A DNA stretch of 64,000 nucleotides from an uncultured Candidatus Rokubacteria bacterium. GTDB lineage: Bacteria > Methylomirabilota > Methylomirabilia > Rokubacteriales > CSP1-6. The position numbers and the translations under genes are program-made. The notes beneath the pieces are model-generated. The model was given only the letters and a program-made list of their open reading frames with translations. It did not search any database and was not told where the DNA came from. The stretch is taken from the NCBI GenBank assembly GCA_963771355.1, contig CAVYTA010000006.1, positions 2,208,001-2,272,000 of the forward strand, in the 5' to 3' direction. This document shows positions 19,583 through 29,316 of this stretch, in pieces; within the stretch, counting starts at the first letter, position 1, and each line of letters opens with the position of its first letter.

Positions 19583-20268
19583 CGCCCGCTCCGCGCCATC
19601 CAGCGCCGCGCCATGGTCAGATCCTCCCGTGTCGTGACTTTCAGATTCTGGGGGAGCCCGGGCACGAGCGCCACCCGCCCTCCCAGCCGCTCCACCAGCA
19701 CGGCGTCGTCGGTCCCCGCGAAGCCGTCGCGCCGCGCCTTCTCATGCGCTTCCCAGAGGAGGTCGCGGCGGAAGGCCTGCGGCGTCTGCACCAGCCAGAG
19801 TCCCGTCCGGTCCAGCGTGGCCTCCGCGGTGCCATCCTCGCGCGCGCGCTTCACCGTCTCCCGCACCGGCAGCCCGCAGGTGGCGGCGCCGGTGGCCCCG
19901 GCCGCCGCGAGCACCCGCGCGACGAGCGCGGCGGTGATGAACGGCCGCACCGCGTCGTGGACCAGCACCCACTCGGCATCGCCGACCGCCTGGAGCCCGA
20001 GCCACACCGACTCCTGCCGTTCCGTCCCGCCTGCGACGACTTCGCAGTGGCGGGGCACCCGGTGGCGGCCCAGCAGCCGCCGCGTCGCCTCCACCCGCGC
20101 GGCCGGCACCGCCACCACCAGGCCCGTCACGCAGGTGGCCCGGGCGAGGGCGCGCAGGGTGTGGACGAGGAGCGGCGCCCCCCCGAGGCCGAGATACTGC
20201 TTGGGCCGCCGCGCGCCCATGCGGGTCCCGGTTCCCCCCGCGGGAACCACCACCACGGCCTTTCTCAA
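19579..20268 (-). CDS. ispD: 2-C-methyl-D-erythritol 4-phosphate cytidylyltransferase
   Basis: PAGGTGTRMG, PKQYL, GGTERQESV, VLVHDAVRP, VQTPQAF, NLKVTT; TTG start overlapping the upstream stop is inferred. Confidence 0.93.
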   Translation of the reverse strand: MRKAVVVVPAGGTGTRMGARRPKQYLGLGGAPLLVHTLRALARATCVTGLVVAVPAARVEATRRLLGRHRVPRHCEVVAGGTERQESVWLGLQAVGDAEWVLVHDAVRPFITAALVARVLAAAGATGAATCGLPVRETVKRAREDGTAEATLDRTGLWLVQTPQAFRRDLLWEAHEKARRDGFAGTDDAVLVERLGGRVALVPGLPQNLKVTTREDLTMARRWMARSGR

Positions 20269-21266
20269 TGTCCGGACTCCTCGGTCGGAGCCGGCCGCGC
20301 GAAGATCATCCGGCCCGCGGTGGTCTGCAGCACGCTCGTCACCGTGACGTCCAGCATCTGGCCGATGTACTTCTTGCCGTGATCTACCACGACCATGGTC
20401 CCGTCGTCGAGATAGGCCACGCCCTGCCCCGCCTCCTTGCCCTCCTTGAGCACGTGGAGGTGCATGAGCTCGCCCGGCAGCACCACCGGCTTGATGGCGC
20501 TGGAGAGCTCGTTGATGTTGAGCACGGGCACCCCGGACAGCTCGGCGACCTTGTTCAGGTTGTAGTCGTTCGTGACTACCTTGCCCCCGAGGGTCTTGGC
20601 CAGCTCGATGAGCTTCCGGTCCACCTCGCGGATCTGGGGGAAATCCTGGTCGTGGATGCGCACGGTGACCTTGGTCATGCGCTGGAGCCGCTGGAGCACG
20701 TCGAAGCCCCGCTTGCCGCGGTTCCGCTTGAGCACGTCCGACGAGTCGGCGATCTGCTGCAGCTCGCGGAGGACGAACTGGGGCACGATGAGCGTCCCTT
20801 CGAGGAAGCCCGTCTCGCACACGTCGGCCACGCGCCCGTCGATGATCACCGAGGTGTCGAGCACCTTGTAGGCCTCCTTGAGGCCCACCGTCTTCGGGAA
20901 GAGCTTCGCCGACATGCCCTCGAGCTCATCGCCCTTGGCGAGGGTGACCGCGCAGCCGAGATAGCCCAGGATGAGCGAGAACAGCCCGCGGCCCACCGCG
21001 CCCGCCTCGGGAATCACCGCGCCGAGCGCGCTGCCCACGCCGAGGCCGAGCGCCACGCCGGTGATGCCGCCTGCCGCGCCCCAGAACAGCCGGTCCACCG
21101 GCACGCGCCGTCCCTGCCACTCGAGCACCACCGCCAGCACGCCGCAGAGGAAGCCGGCGAGGCCGAGCCAGTGGCTCGCGGCCTTGAGGCCCAGGGCCGG
21201 GCCCAGCGCCACGCCCGCCCCGGTCGCCACCGCCAGCACCCCCAGCCGCGCGATGATGAGCGTCAT
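20265..21266 (-). CDS. Membrane PIN/TRAM domain protein (YacL-like)
   Basis: N-terminal TM helices; VLDTSVIIDGR PIN motif; TNDYNLNKVA; GVAYLDDGTMVVV and TSVLQTTAGRMIFA TRAM. Confidence 0.92.
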   Translation of the reverse strand: MTLIIARLGVLAVATGAGVALGPALGLKAASHWLGLAGFLCGVLAVVLEWQGRRVPVDRLFWGAAGGITGVALGLGVGSALGAVIPEAGAVGRGLFSLILGYLGCAVTLAKGDELEGMSAKLFPKTVGLKEAYKVLDTSVIIDGRVADVCETGFLEGTLIVPQFVLRELQQIADSSDVLKRNRGKRGFDVLQRLQRMTKVTVRIHDQDFPQIREVDRKLIELAKTLGGKVVTNDYNLNKVAELSGVPVLNINELSSAIKPVVLPGELMHLHVLKEGKEAGQGVAYLDDGTMVVVDHGKKYIGQMLDVTVTSVLQTTAGRMIFARPAPTEESGH

Positions 21267-21269
21267 TCC

Positions 21270-22634
21270 CTATCCCCCAAGCAAGGCCTTCACGGCCTCT
21301 TCGACTGACCCCACTCCCTGGACTTCCAGGGGGTGGACTTCACGCGTCGCGAGATTGTTCTGTGGAACGATGGCGGCGGCGAAGCCGAGCGCGGCCGCCT
21401 CCCGGAGGCGAGCGGGCAGTCCCGAGACCGCGCGCACCTCCCCGGTCAGGCCCACCTCGCCGATCACCACCACGTCGCCGCGGACCGGCCGGTCGAGGTA
21501 GCTGGAGGCCGCCGCGATGACGACGCCGAGATCGGCAGAGGGCTCGGTCACCTTCGCGCCTCCAGCCACGTTGACGAAGGCGTCCTGGGTCATGAGCGGC
21601 AGGCCCACCCGCTTCTCGAGCACGGCGAGGAGCAGGCACACGCGGTTGTAGTCCGCGCCGATCACGGTGCGCCGCGGTGACCCGAAGTTGGCGGGCGCCA
21701 CCAGGGCCTGGAGCTCGAGCAGGAGCGGCCGCGTGCCCTCGAGGCTGGAGACGATCACCGAGCCCGGCGCGCCGCGCGGGCGCTCGGAGAGGAAGAATCC
21801 CGACGGGTTCGTCACCTCGGTGAGGCCGCCCTCCCCCATCTCGAAGAGGCCGATCTCGTTGGTGGAGCCGAAGCGGTTCTTCACCGCGCGGAGCACGCGA
21901 TAGGCGTGGTGCCGCTCGCCCTCGAAGTACAGCACGGTGTCCACCAGGTGCTCGAGCACCCGCGGGCCGGCGAGGGTGCCCTCCTTGGTGACGTGGCCCA
22001 CGAGAAAGGTGGCCATGCCGCGCGCCTTGGCCTGCACCATGAGGCGCGCTCCGCACTCGCGCACCTGGCTCACGCTCCCCGGCGCCGACTCCACCCCGGG
22101 CAGGAACATGGTCTGGATGGAGTCCACCACCAGCACGCGAGGCGCAAGCTGAGCCACGTGCGCCTCGATCACCGTCAGGTCCGTCTCGGCGAGGAAGTAC
22201 AGCGACTCCGCGGCCACGCCCAGGCGATCCGCGCGGAGCTTGACCTGGGCCGCGGACTCCTCGCCGGAGACGTAGAGCACGGAGCCCGCGCCGGCGGCCA
22301 GCGAGCGGCTCGTCTGCATGAGGAGGGTGGACTTGCCCGCTCCCGGCTCGCCGCCCACCAGCACCAGCGAGCCCCGCACCACGCCGCCGCCCAGCACCCG
22401 GTCCAGCTCGCCGATGCCGGTGCGCGCGCGCTCCCCCTCCTCCACACGGATCTCGGACAGCCGCTGGGGCCGCGAACCCGGCTGTAGCGCGGGCCGCGGC
22501 GACCGGGCCGGTTGCGGCCGCTCCTCGACCAGGGCGAGGTATTCGCCCCCCCGCGCGCAATCCGGGCAGGTGCCGGGCTTGGGCCCCGCAAAACCACAAG
22601 TCTGACATCGATACACTGCCCGCTCGCGCGCCAT
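21270..22634 (-). CDS. radA: DNA repair protein RadA/Sms
   Basis: C4 zinc finger, GEPGAGKSTLL, KNRFG motif, Lon-like C-terminus. Confidence 0.97.
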   Translation of the reverse strand: MARERAVYRCQTCGFAGPKPGTCPDCARGGEYLALVEERPQPARSPRPALQPGSRPQRLSEIRVEEGERARTGIGELDRVLGGGVVRGSLVLVGGEPGAGKSTLLMQTSRSLAAGAGSVLYVSGEESAAQVKLRADRLGVAAESLYFLAETDLTVIEAHVAQLAPRVLVVDSIQTMFLPGVESAPGSVSQVRECGARLMVQAKARGMATFLVGHVTKEGTLAGPRVLEHLVDTVLYFEGERHHAYRVLRAVKNRFGSTNEIGLFEMGEGGLTEVTNPSGFFLSERPRGAPGSVIVSSLEGTRPLLLELQALVAPANFGSPRRTVIGADYNRVCLLLAVLEKRVGLPLMTQDAFVNVAGGAKVTEPSADLGVVIAAASSYLDRPVRGDVVVIGEVGLTGEVRAVSGLPARLREAAALGFAAAIVPQNNLATREVHPLEVQGVGSVEEAVKALLGG

Positions 22635-23845
22635 CACTTCTTCTCCTTGTCCCCGGAGGCCTTGTTCCCGCCCGTGGTGTTCCCGATCGACGAGCGGATC
22701 AGCGACCGGAGGAGATAGCTCCGCTGGGCCCCCTCGAGGAAGGCGGCGAGGTTCTCGTACACCGTCGGGTCCTCGAGTAGCCCGCCCACGGTCCCTTCTC
22801 CCGCCTTCAGTCGGTCGGTGATCACGCGGAGATTGCTCATGGCCGCCCGGAAGTCGGCGGCCGCCTCGCCCATCGGGCCGTCGCCCTTCTCGCTGAGCAG
22901 CCCTCCGAGGAAGCCCTGGCCTTGTACCAGCCGGTCCGAGACTTCGCGGAAGTTCCGGGCCACCGCGCGAACGTCCTCGGCCACCGGCTTGTACTGGGGA
23001 TCGAACAGGAGCGTGGGCAAGAGTCCCGGCTCGTCGGTGCCACCCGGGCCCTTGGCCTTCTCCACCGCGCGCGTGAGCGAGTCCACCGCCTCCAGCAGCG
23101 CGCGCGCCGACCGTCCACTCTCCGGGGAGAGGAGCACCGCGACCGCGTTGTCGCCGCTCCGCGTGCGCGCGAGCGTCTCGCGGGCGTCGGCGAGCAGGCC
23201 GCTGAGCTGGCGCAACGCCTCCGGCTCCTCGTACAGCAGCACGTGAAGCCAGCCCTTGCCCTTCTCGACCTGCTCGACCACGCGGCGCGCGGACTTGACG
23301 GTGGCCTGCAGGTCCTCCACCGCGCCGGTGGCGTCGAACTTCTCGAGAGTCTGCTGCAGCGTCTCGGCCAGCTTGTTGATGGTGGCGAGCGTCCCTGCCC
23401 CCGACGAGAAGAGCCGCCCCATCTCGAAGAAATCCCTGGTGGCGATCACGTCACCCGGCTTCAGCGGGGGCGCCTCCGGCCTGCCCTGGGTGATCTCCAC
23501 CAGCTTGTCGCCCAGGAGGCCCTGGGTCACGATCTGGGCCTGGGAGTCCCTGCGGATGCGCTCCGAGAAGCGACGGGCCACGGTGAGCGTCACCCGCACC
23601 TTCCCACCCACTTCGGGCGAGAGCACCACGCTGGTGACCCGCCCGATCTGCACGCCGGCCAGCCGCACGGTGGCGCCCTCGATGAGCCCGCCCACCTCGG
23701 TGAAATCCGCGTAGAGCTCGTACTTCCGCTCGAAGATGCGCGACTGGGCGCCCAGGAGATAGATCACGCCGAGAAAGACCAGGAGCGCGATGACGATGAA
23801 CGTCCCGATCCGCAGCTGGAGCACGAGGGAGCGGCGATCAGGCAT
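22634..23845 (-). CDS. MCE/MlaD family protein with long helical extension
   Basis: N-terminal TM, GGLIEGATVRLAGVQIGRV, TQGLLGDKLVEI. Confidence 0.9.
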   Translation of the reverse strand: MPDRRSLVLQLRIGTFIVIALLVFLGVIYLLGAQSRIFERKYELYADFTEVGGLIEGATVRLAGVQIGRVTSVVLSPEVGGKVRVTLTVARRFSERIRRDSQAQIVTQGLLGDKLVEITQGRPEAPPLKPGDVIATRDFFEMGRLFSSGAGTLATINKLAETLQQTLEKFDATGAVEDLQATVKSARRVVEQVEKGKGWLHVLLYEEPEALRQLSGLLADARETLARTRSGDNAVAVLLSPESGRSARALLEAVDSLTRAVEKAKGPGGTDEPGLLPTLLFDPQYKPVAEDVRAVARNFREVSDRLVQGQGFLGGLLSEKGDGPMGEAAADFRAAMSNLRVITDRLKAGEGTVGGLLEDPTVYENLAAFLEGAQRSYLLRSLIRSSIGNTTGGNKASGDKEKK

Positions 23846-24605
23846 CCTGACCCTGGCGTAGCTCGCCGGCGAGGAAGTCGCGGACGACCTGGTTGGCAGA
23901 GCGGTGAATCTCGGCCGGCGTGCCCATCTCCACGAAGCGGCCCTGGTAGAGGATGGCCATCTGGTCGGCGACCATGTCGGCGAACTCGATATCGTGGGTC
24001 ACCACGATGGCGGTGTCGGCCACGCCCCGGTGGAGCTCGGCGATGAGCTCCGCCACCAGCCGCGAGTTGGTGGGATCGAGGCCCGCGGTGGGCTCGTCGA
24101 AGAACACCACCTCCGGCTCGGTGACCAGGGTCCGCGCGATGCCCACCCGCTTGCGCATGCCCCCGGACAGCTCCGCGGGCAGGAGATCGTCGGTGCCGGG
24201 GAGCCCCACCAAGGCGAGGAAGCGGTGGACGCGATCGGTGATCTCCCCCTCGCTGAGCCGGGTGTGCTCCCGCAGGGGGAAGGCCACGTTTTCGAACACG
24301 GAGAGGGAGTCGAAGAGGGCCGCGTTCTGGAACACGTAGCCCGCCCGCCGGCGCACGGGCAGGATCTGCTCCTCCCGGAGGTTGTCGATGCGCGTGCCGA
24401 AGAGATACACCTCGCCGTCGTCGGGCGCGAGGAGGCCGTCGCAGATGCGGAGCAGCACGGTCTTGCCCGAGCCGCTGCCCCCCATCACCGCCAGGGTCGT
24501 CCCCTTGCCGAGGGTGAGGCTCAGCCCGCGCAAGACCGGCTTGGTGTCGAAGGCCTTCCACACCTCCCGCACCTCGACCAGCACCTCCCCCGCGCGTGTG
24601 GCCAT
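23838..24605 (-). CDS. MlaF-like ABC ATPase
   Basis: GGSGSGKT, FQNAALFDSL, LSGGMRKRVGIAR, DEPTAGLDP. Confidence 0.9.
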   Translation of the reverse strand: MATRAGEVLVEVREVWKAFDTKPVLRGLSLTLGKGTTLAVMGGSGSGKTVLLRICDGLLAPDDGEVYLFGTRIDNLREEQILPVRRRAGYVFQNAALFDSLSVFENVAFPLREHTRLSEGEITDRVHRFLALVGLPGTDDLLPAELSGGMRKRVGIARTLVTEPEVVFFDEPTAGLDPTNSRLVAELIAELHRGVADTAIVVTHDIEFADMVADQMAILYQGRFVEMGTPAEIHRSANQVVRDFLAGELRQGQDA

Positions 24606-25384
24606 CACCAGAAGAGGATGAGGAGGAGCTTGGTGAGGAAGAAGTCGGAGACGATCACCCCCATCGCCACCTGCACCACGGTGGCGGTGGTGGAGCGCCC
24701 CAGGCCTTCCGTCCCGCCCTCGGTGGCAAGGCCGTTGTAGCAGCCGATGAGGGTCACGATGAGCCCGAAGACCAGGCTCTTGACGAGCCCGGTGAGAAAG
24801 TCGCGGATCACCACCCAGTAGGCGATGGTGTTCCAGTAGAGATACGGGTCTACCTCGCGGTCGAACACTGCCACGATCATACCGCCGACGAGCCCCACGA
24901 AGTCGGCGAGGACGGTCACCAGCGGGAAGACGATCACTGCCGCCAGCATCCGCGGCACGATGAGCCGCTTCACGTAGTTGACGCCGAGCGCCCGCAGCGC
25001 GTCGATCTGCTCGGTGACCTTCATGGACCCCAGCTCGGCGGTGATGCCCGAGGCCACCTTGCCGCCCACCAGGATGGCGGTCAGCACCGGCCCCAGCTCG
25101 CGCAGGATGGACAGCGCCACCACCGGCCCCACATAGCCCTCGGCCCCGAAGCGCGCCATGTTCACCGCGGTCTGGAGCGCCAGCACCATGCCGGTGAACA
25201 GCGCGGCGGTGAGCGCCACCGTCACCGAGCGCACCCCGATGGTGTCGATCTCGCGCGCCACCAGCTTGAGATAGTGCGGCGGCAGCGCGAGATTGCGCGC
25301 CACCTGGGCGGCCAGGAGCCCGAGCCCGCCATACCAGATCACGGACTCGCGCAGGTGGCGGTTGATCGTCTCGGCCCAGGCCAT
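24605..25384 (-). CDS. MlaE-like ABC permease
   Basis: RELGPVLTAILVGGK, AELGSMKVTEQIDAL, GGTEGLGRSTT; start MAWAET at 25384. Confidence 0.92.
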   Translation of the reverse strand: MAWAETINRHLRESVIWYGGLGLLAAQVARNLALPPHYLKLVAREIDTIGVRSVTVALTAALFTGMVLALQTAVNMARFGAEGYVGPVVALSILRELGPVLTAILVGGKVASGITAELGSMKVTEQIDALRALGVNYVKRLIVPRMLAAVIVFPLVTVLADFVGLVGGMIVAVFDREVDPYLYWNTIAYWVVIRDFLTGLVKSLVFGLIVTLIGCYNGLATEGGTEGLGRSTTATVVQVAMGVIVSDFFLTKLLLILFW

Positions 25385-25905
25385 CAGCGGCGCCCCCCCG
25401 ATTCCACCGCCAAGCTCTCCACGAAGGCCTGGAACTCGGGTCGTCCCGCCTCGAACTGATCGACAGGCGCCACGTAGAGGAAGTCGTAGACGCAGCGGTC
25501 TCCCTTGAGGGTCACCGCGTCCACCGCGATCTCCCCGCCGTCGAGCGTCCCCCGCAGTGTGGTCCGGGCGCCCGGGAGGCCCTTCACTACCACCTCCTCC
25601 GTCCGCACGTCTTTCCGGTTCTTGACGCCGAAGGTGAGATGGCGGACGAGCAGCGGCGCCGGCTGGCTGGGCACACGCCCCTCGCAGGTGGCGTCGGCCA
25701 GCATGCCGGCAATGGGGGCGGCGCGGCGCAGCTCGAGGTCGGCCTCGGTGCCCGAGGCGACCTGCCACTCGCGGCCGGGCAGGCTCACCGTGTAGCCCTT
25801 GGTCGAGTGGTAGACGCCGCGCTCGATACGGTCGGCGCTGCAGGCGGCCGCGAGGAGGACGACGAGCCCCGACAGCGCGAGATCTCGTCTCACCTGGGGC
25901 CTCAC
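25384..25905 (-). CDS. Uncharacterised lipoprotein
   Basis: Basic N-terminus, hydrophobic core and lipobox LAAAC; start overlaps the hisIE stop and stop overlaps the mlaE start. Confidence 0.7.
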   Translation of the reverse strand: MRPQVRRDLALSGLVVLLAAACSADRIERGVYHSTKGYTVSLPGREWQVASGTEADLELRRAAPIAGMLADATCEGRVPSQPAPLLVRHLTFGVKNRKDVRTEEVVVKGLPGARTTLRGTLDGGEIAVDAVTLKGDRCVYDFLYVAPVDQFEAGRPEFQAFVESLAVESGGRR

Positions 25906-26570
25906 GGCGAGCCTCCGGCGGGGGCCGAGCCGGCGGCGTGGCGACGCTCCAGCTCGGCGATCACCCGGCGCAGGGGGAGGCCGCGGCTCGTCAGCAGCAC
26001 CATGGTGTGGAACCAGAGATCGGCGACCTCCGAGATTACCCGCTCCTCGCCCTCCCCGCCCAGCGCGGCGGTGACCACCTCGGTGGCCTCCTCGCCGATC
26101 TTCCGGCAGATGAAGGCGTCGCCCTTGTCGAGGAGGCGCGCCACGTACGAGCCCTCCGGCCGCTCGACCAGTCGCGAGTTCAGCGTGCGCTCGAGAATCT
26201 CGAGAAAAGCCGGAGCGCCCGCGCCCGCGCGGGGCGCCGCCGCCCCCTCGCCCGCCACGTGCGTGAAGAAGCACGAGCGCGCGCCGGTATGGCAGGCCAC
26301 GCCCTCCTGATGCACCTGCATCAGGAGGGTGTCCCGATCGCAGTCGGCATAGAGCCCGTCCACGTGCTGGACGTGGCCGGACGTCTCGCCCTTCCGCCAC
26401 AGCGCCTGGCGCGACCGGGACCAGTAGTGTCCCGCCCCGGTGCGGAGGGTGGCGTCGAGCGCGGCCCGGTCCATCCAGGCCACCATGAGCACCTCGCCGG
26501 TCTCGGTCTCCTGGATCACCGCAGGGATGAGCCCCGCCGCATCCCACTTGAGCTCCTGCTGGATGCTCAT
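25902..26570 (-). CDS. hisIE: Bifunctional phosphoribosyl-AMP cyclohydrolase / phosphoribosyl-ATP pyrophosphatase
   Basis: [37 protein letters not shown]. Confidence 0.95.
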   Translation of the reverse strand: MSIQQELKWDAAGLIPAVIQETETGEVLMVAWMDRAALDATLRTGAGHYWSRSRQALWRKGETSGHVQHVDGLYADCDRDTLLMQVHQEGVACHTGARSCFFTHVAGEGAAAPRAGAGAPAFLEILERTLNSRLVERPEGSYVARLLDKGDAFICRKIGEEATEVVTAALGGEGEERVISEVADLWFHTMVLLTSRGLPLRRVIAELERRHAAGSAPAGGSP

Positions 26571-27340
26571 GCCTCGATCCGTACCGGCACGCCGCGCTCC
26601 CGCAGATAGGCCTTGGCCTCGCCCACGCGATAGCCCCCGAAGTGGAACATCGAGGCCACCAGCATGGCGTCCGCGCCCCCGGCGGTGACGCCCTCGAGGA
26701 GATGCTCGAGGGTGCCCGCGCCGCCCGAGGCGATCACCGGCACCGACACCGCCTCCGACACTGCGCGGGTGAGGGCAAGATCGTAGCCCTCGCCGGTGCC
26801 GTCGCGGTCCATGCTGGTGAGGAGAATCTCCCCCGCACCCTGCTGCTCCACCTCGCGCGCCCATTCCACCGCGTCCCGCCCGGCGGGCCGGCGGCCTCCG
26901 TGCGTGTAGACGCCCCAGCGCTCACCCGCGCCGGACGGCTCGCGCTTGGCGTCGATGGCCACCACGATGCACTGGCTTCCGAAGGCGCGCGCCGCCTCGG
27001 AGACGAGCGCGGGCCGCGCCAGCGCGGCGGTGTTGAGCGAGACCTTGTCGGCGCCCGCTCGCAACAGGGTACGGATGTCCTCCAGCGTGCGCACGCCACC
27101 GCCCACGGTGAGCGGCATGTAGATGCCTTCGGCGGTCCGGCGGACCACGTCCAGCATGATGGCGCGGTCCTCGTGGGAGGCGCCGATGTCGAGGAAGACG
27201 AGCTCGTCCGCGCCCCCCGCGTCATAGGCCTGGGCCGCCTCCACCGGGTCGCCGGCATCGCGCAGGTCCACGAAGCGCACGCCCTTCACCACGCGGCCCC
27301 CGTGCACGTCGAGGCAGGGAATGAGACGCTTGCCCAGCAC
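26567..27340 (-). CDS. hisF: Imidazole glycerol phosphate synthase cyclase subunit
   Basis: [36 protein letters not shown]. Confidence 0.97.
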   Translation of the reverse strand: MLGKRLIPCLDVHGGRVVKGVRFVDLRDAGDPVEAAQAYDAGGADELVFLDIGASHEDRAIMLDVVRRTAEGIYMPLTVGGGVRTLEDIRTLLRAGADKVSLNTAALARPALVSEAARAFGSQCIVVAIDAKREPSGAGERWGVYTHGGRRPAGRDAVEWAREVEQQGAGEILLTSMDRDGTGEGYDLALTRAVSEAVSVPVIASGGAGTLEHLLEGVTAGGADAMLVASMFHFGGYRVGEAKAYLRERGVPVRIEA

Positions 27341-27343
27341 GGC

Positions 27344-28066
27344 CTAGCCAACCTCGGCGAGGGCACGGCGGAGATCCACCGCGCCGCTGTAGAGCGCCCG
27401 GCCCACGATGGCCCCGACCACGCCGGGGATGGTGGCGAGCTGCCGGAGGTCATCGAGCGAGCCGACCCCCCCGGAGGCAAGTACGGGAATACCAGCCGCG
27501 CGCGCCACCGCCTCCGTGCTCCAGATATTCGGCCCGCCCTGGGTGCCGTCGCGGCCGATGTCGGTGTAGAGCACGGCGCCCGCGCCCGCCGCGGCGGCAT
27601 CGCGGGCCAGCGTGGTGGCGTCGAGCTCGAGCACCCGCTTCCAGCCGTCCACCGCCACCTTGCCGTCGGAGGCGTCCACCGACACGATGAGCCGGCCGGG
27701 AAAGGCGCTGCATATGTCGCCGAGGAAGGCGGGATCGAGCGCGGCCCGGGTGCCCACCACCGCCCACCGGGCACCCGCGTCGAGCACCCGCTGCACCGCG
27801 GCGGCATCGCGAAGGCCGCCGCCCACCTGCACCGGGATGTCGACCGCGGCGATGATGGCGCGGATGAGGTCGACCTGGGCGGGATGGCCGCCGAACGCGC
27901 CGTCGAGATCCACCACGTGCAGTCGCGGCGCGCCCTGCGCCTGCCAGCTGCGGGCGGTGTCCACCGGGTCCTCGGAGAACACGGTCTCGTCCTCCAGGCG
28001 CCCCTGGAGAAGCCGCACGCAGCGGCCGCCCCGCAGGTCGATGGCCGGGATGAGGGTGAAGGCCAT
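27344..28066 (-). CDS. hisA: ProFAR isomerase
   Basis: IPAIDLRGGRCVRLLQG, LHVVDLDGA, QVGGGLR, TDIGRDG. Confidence 0.96.
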   Translation of the reverse strand: MAFTLIPAIDLRGGRCVRLLQGRLEDETVFSEDPVDTARSWQAQGAPRLHVVDLDGAFGGHPAQVDLIRAIIAAVDIPVQVGGGLRDAAAVQRVLDAGARWAVVGTRAALDPAFLGDICSAFPGRLIVSVDASDGKVAVDGWKRVLELDATTLARDAAAAGAGAVLYTDIGRDGTQGGPNIWSTEAVARAAGIPVLASGGVGSLDDLRQLATIPGVVGAIVGRALYSGAVDLRRALAEVG

Positions 28067-28068
28067 GG

Positions 28069-28692
28069 CTAGCGGCGCCGGTCGCGCACGAAGGCGGCGA
28101 AGTTCTCGAGGAGACGCAGGCCCCACCGCTGGCTCTTCTCGGGGTGGAACTGCGTGGCGAAGAGCGGACCCCGCTCCACCGCGGCGGCGAAGGTCACCCC
28201 GTAGGTGCACGTCGCCACCTTGACGGAAGAGTCCTCCGTTACCGGATAGTACGAGTGCACGAAGTAGAAGTGCGCGCCGCTCGGCACCCCCTCGAAGAGG
28301 GCGAGGTCGCCCCGGTGCTCGACGCTGTTCCAGCCCATGTGCGGCACCTTGGGCCCGCGGGGAAAGCGCCGGACGGCGCCGGGGATGACATCCAGCCCCT
28401 TGCCCTGGCCGAACTCCTCGCTCTCGGTGAACAGGAGCTGGTAGCCGAGGCAGATGCCGAGAAAGGGCCGGTGCCCATCGATGGTCGCGCGCACGGGATC
28501 CAGGAGCCCGCGCCGGCCGAGGTTCGTCATCGCGTCGTGGAAGGCGCCGTCGCCGGGCAGCACCACCGCCTCGGCGTCCTCCACCACGCGCGGGTCCTCC
28601 GTCACCACCGCGCGCATGCCCAGGCGGCCGAAGGCCTTCTCGACGCTCCCGAGATTGCCCCGGCCGTAGTCGATGACCGCGATCACCGGCAC
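28069..28692 (-). CDS. hisH: Imidazole glycerol phosphate synthase glutaminase subunit
   Basis: IDYGRGNLGSV, GICLG, YFVHSY, QFHPEKS. Confidence 0.97.
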   Translation of the reverse strand: MPVIAVIDYGRGNLGSVEKAFGRLGMRAVVTEDPRVVEDAEAVVLPGDGAFHDAMTNLGRRGLLDPVRATIDGHRPFLGICLGYQLLFTESEEFGQGKGLDVIPGAVRRFPRGPKVPHMGWNSVEHRGDLALFEGVPSGAHFYFVHSYYPVTEDSSVKVATCTYGVTFAAAVERGPLFATQFHPEKSQRWGLRLLENFAAFVRDRRR

Positions 28693-28695
28693 CCC

Positions 28696-29316
28696 CTAGA
28701 GGCTGCCCTTGGTGGACGGCACGTCGGAGACGCGCGGATTGAGCCGGGTGGCCTCGGCGAGGGCGCGGGCCACCGCCTTGAACGTGGCCTCCGCGATGTG
28801 GTGGAGGTTCTCGCCGTAGTGCATGGTGACGTGCAGCGTGATCTCGGCATTGAAGGCGAAGGCGCGGAAAAAATCCTTCAGGAGGTCGAGATCGAAGTTC
28901 GAGATCCGCGTCCGCTGTAGCGGCACGTTGAACACGAGGTAGGGCCGCCCGGAGAGGTCCACCGCGGCATGCAGCAGCGCCTCGTCCATGGGGAGGAAGG
29001 ACGCCCCGTAGCGGACGATGCCGCGCTTGTCGCCGAGCGCCTCCTTGAGCGCCTTGCCCAGGCAGATGCCCACGTCCTCCACGGTGTGGTGCAGATCCAC
29101 CTCGAGGTCGCCCCGCGCGTCCACCGACAGGTCCATCAGCCCGTGCTTGGACCACGCTTCCAGCATGTGATTGAAGAACGGGATGGCGGTCTCCACCTTG
29201 GACGCGCCGGTGCCGTCCAGGCCGAGCTGGAGGACGATCTGCGTCTCCTTGGTCTTGCGCTCCACGCGGGCCTGCCGCGGGATCGCGGGCTCGGTGCCCC
29301 GGGCCTTGTCCGTCAT
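28696..29316 (-). CDS. hisB: Imidazoleglycerol-phosphate dehydratase (monofunctional)
   Basis: RKTKETQI, HHTVED, PMDEAL, NLHHIAEATFKA. Confidence 0.96.
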   Translation of the reverse strand: MTDKARGTEPAIPRQARVERKTKETQIVLQLGLDGTGASKVETAIPFFNHMLEAWSKHGLMDLSVDARGDLEVDLHHTVEDVGICLGKALKEALGDKRGIVRYGASFLPMDEALLHAAVDLSGRPYLVFNVPLQRTRISNFDLDLLKDFFRAFAFNAEITLHVTMHYGENLHHIAEATFKAVARALAEATRLNPRVSDVPSTKGSL

